The translations under genes were made by a program, and so were the position numbers. The notes under the pieces were generated by a model. That model did not search any database, was not told the origin of the DNA, and saw only the letters and a list, made by a program, of their open reading frames with translations. Positions 62,551 through 64,000 of a DNA stretch of 64,000 nt are shown piece by piece (the first letter of the stretch is position 1; each line of letters opens with the position of its first letter). The DNA comes from Massalongia carnosa (lineage: Eukaryota), in assembly GCA_965645245.1 (NCBI GenBank), contig OZ287082.1, positions 248,001 to 312,000 on the forward strand. Reading direction: 5' to 3'.

Positions 62551-64000
62551 TCACTCTAGCCACGCGTTCGCCGCCGATAGAATATCCCGCAACGTCCCGT
62601 TATCATTATCCTCATCTCTCATAGCCCGAAAATCAAAACCACGACGACGACAATGACGATCGCGATTCAGAAACATCGCCCGCTCGAAATCGATCAGCAT
62701 GAGGCGATCCAGTTCGCGGTTCCAGAGGACGTTGGGCGGGCGCAGGTCTGCTTGATTGATTCCTGCGAGTGTCACTTCGGCGACGGTGCGGCGGAGTTCT
62801 GCTTGGAAGGATGGTCTTGTTTTGACCTTCTCGTAAGATTCGGCCACGTCTCCTCCCCAGGACATGAGGAGCATGTGCACGATTCGAACCTCGACGTCGA
62901 GATGGTAGGGTTTGGCGAGGTCAATGTTGCCAAGATAGACGGGAACGGCCGCGCCTTGAAGATGTTCCAGATGGCGGTACACTCGCCCTTCATGTCGCAA
63001 GTTGGATACGAATGCGCGGATGGTGCCTTTGGCCACGAAGACATAGCCGTGCGAGGTCAATCGGATTCGGAACAATGCCCCTCGAGCACCTCGTTGGCCT
63101 AAGGGTTCGCAGTTCCGGTCAAGGGTACGGTCCAGCTGCCTGTTAACCAACGCCGTGAACTCTGGCAGGCTGATGGCGTGGCGATCGCTCTTTCTCCGAT
63201 GCTTGGACACGTTTGGACAGCGCTCGTCCAGCGTGGATTTCTGCCGGATCCCGAGCAAGCACTTCTGACTGCAGTACCGTTGTCTTTGGTGCTTGCCTTT
63301 ATCCTGATCCTTGCACAGAGACTGTCGCTCTTCCTCATTGGATCTATTTGACAGCTGCCGCACTTGTCCGTTTTTTGGATTCTTCATGGAGGACTCTGTC
63401 TCGGATAAATCCGACGATGATTCTTCAGGAGCAGGATCGATCTTAGGGGGCTCGCAGCGCTTCCTTCCTCGCAGCCGAAGCTTGATCGGAGTTCGATCGG
63501 AATTCTTCGAAATCTTGAGTCCACCGTTGGCCTTGAAGAGCGAACTAGGCGTTTCGACACGTTCTCGATCTTCGTCCGATTGACTCGAAAATCCGGCATT
63601 CTTTTCCCATCTTTCCAGCTCATCCATCATTTTGTTCCGCCAACCCTGGTTCCTCTCGGTGAACTGCTCCGACTGAAACGCCATGAGACACAGGCCAAGC
63701 ACCTGAGCAACAGCAGTGCGTTGCCAGTCGTAGCCATTCCTGTCCACGTCCTCGTTCGGGATGGCCAAGTGATAATACACCGTGGCTGGGTTTTTGGCTC
63801 GCACCCAGAGGAAGACGAGTGCAACTCCTGTCGTGATGTAACTATACTCCAACCCGTTCTCGATCATATCCGAGTAAGCCTGCGTGACCGCGCATCCTAT
63901 GCGCCAGTCCGCTTTATGATCTTTCTGTTCCTGCTCCGTCGCAAATATGGACACGTTGATGACATCGTTAGCTACGTTCATGGGCCGCAGACGTGTTTGC
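62551..64000 (-). CDS. Spok-family-like protein (nuclease-region C-terminal half, Cys cluster, C-terminal kinase); 5' end lies beyond the window
   Basis: AVTQAYSDMIENGLEYSYITTG..FLWV..VYYHLAIP..TAVAQV, Cys cluster YCSQKCLLGI..DERCPN..H, kinase GARGALF..VAKGT..HEGRVY..LQGAAVPVYLG..DLRPPNVLW..LIDFERA. The frame stays open to the window edge (QTRLRPMNV). Confidence 0.8.
   Translation of the reverse strand, partial: QTRLRPMNVANDVINVSIFATEQEQKDHKADWRIGCAVTQAYSDMIENGLEYSYITTGVALVFLWVRAKNPATVYYHLAIPNEDVDRNGYDWQRTAVAQVLGLCLMAFQSEQFTERNQGWRNKMMDELERWEKNAGFSSQSDEDRERVETPSSLFKANGGLKISKNSDRTPIKLRLRGRKRCEPPKIDPAPEESSSDLSETESSMKNPKNGQVRQLSNRSNEEERQSLCKDQDKGKHQRQRYCSQKCLLGIRQKSTLDERCPNVSKHRRKSDRHAISLPEFTALVNRQLDRTLDRNCEPLGQRGARGALFRIRLTSHGYVFVAKGTIRAFVSNLRHEGRVYRHLEHLQGAAVPVYLGNIDLAKPYHLDVEVRIVHMLLMSWGGDVAESYEKVKTRPSFQAELRRTVAEVTLAGINQADLRPPNVLWNRELDRLMLIDFERAMFLNRDRHCRRRGFDFRAMRDEDNDNGTLRDILSAANAWLE

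Overview
Eukaryotic DNA from a filamentous ascomycete (spliceosomal GT-AG introns, fungal gene families, patchy RIP-like mutation). About three quarters of the window is nested transposable elements whose ends I could place from LTR/TIR and target-site duplications (TSDs): four Ty1/Copia elements, two chromodomain Ty3/Gypsy elements, an 890-bp TRIM-like element, five solo LTRs, two Mutator (MULE) families, two Tc1/mariner-pogo elements and one intact two-ORF PIF/Harbinger-like element. The non-TE genes are mostly from conflict or non-self-recognition families: an NLR-type NACHT gene, a HeLo-like/ankyrin gene without a NOD, an Mx/dynamin-like GTPase, a FunK1 kinase pseudogene, a DUF6606-type pseudogene and a Spok (spore-killer)-like nuclease/Cys-cluster/kinase ORF running off the right edge. 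A decayed C-terminal fragment resembling a DUF3435 Starship captain lies at about 21.4-22.2 kb. My best hypothesis is a derelict Starship or accessory defence and drive island that became a TE landing zone. Family assignments come from motif recognition by eye, not from database searches.
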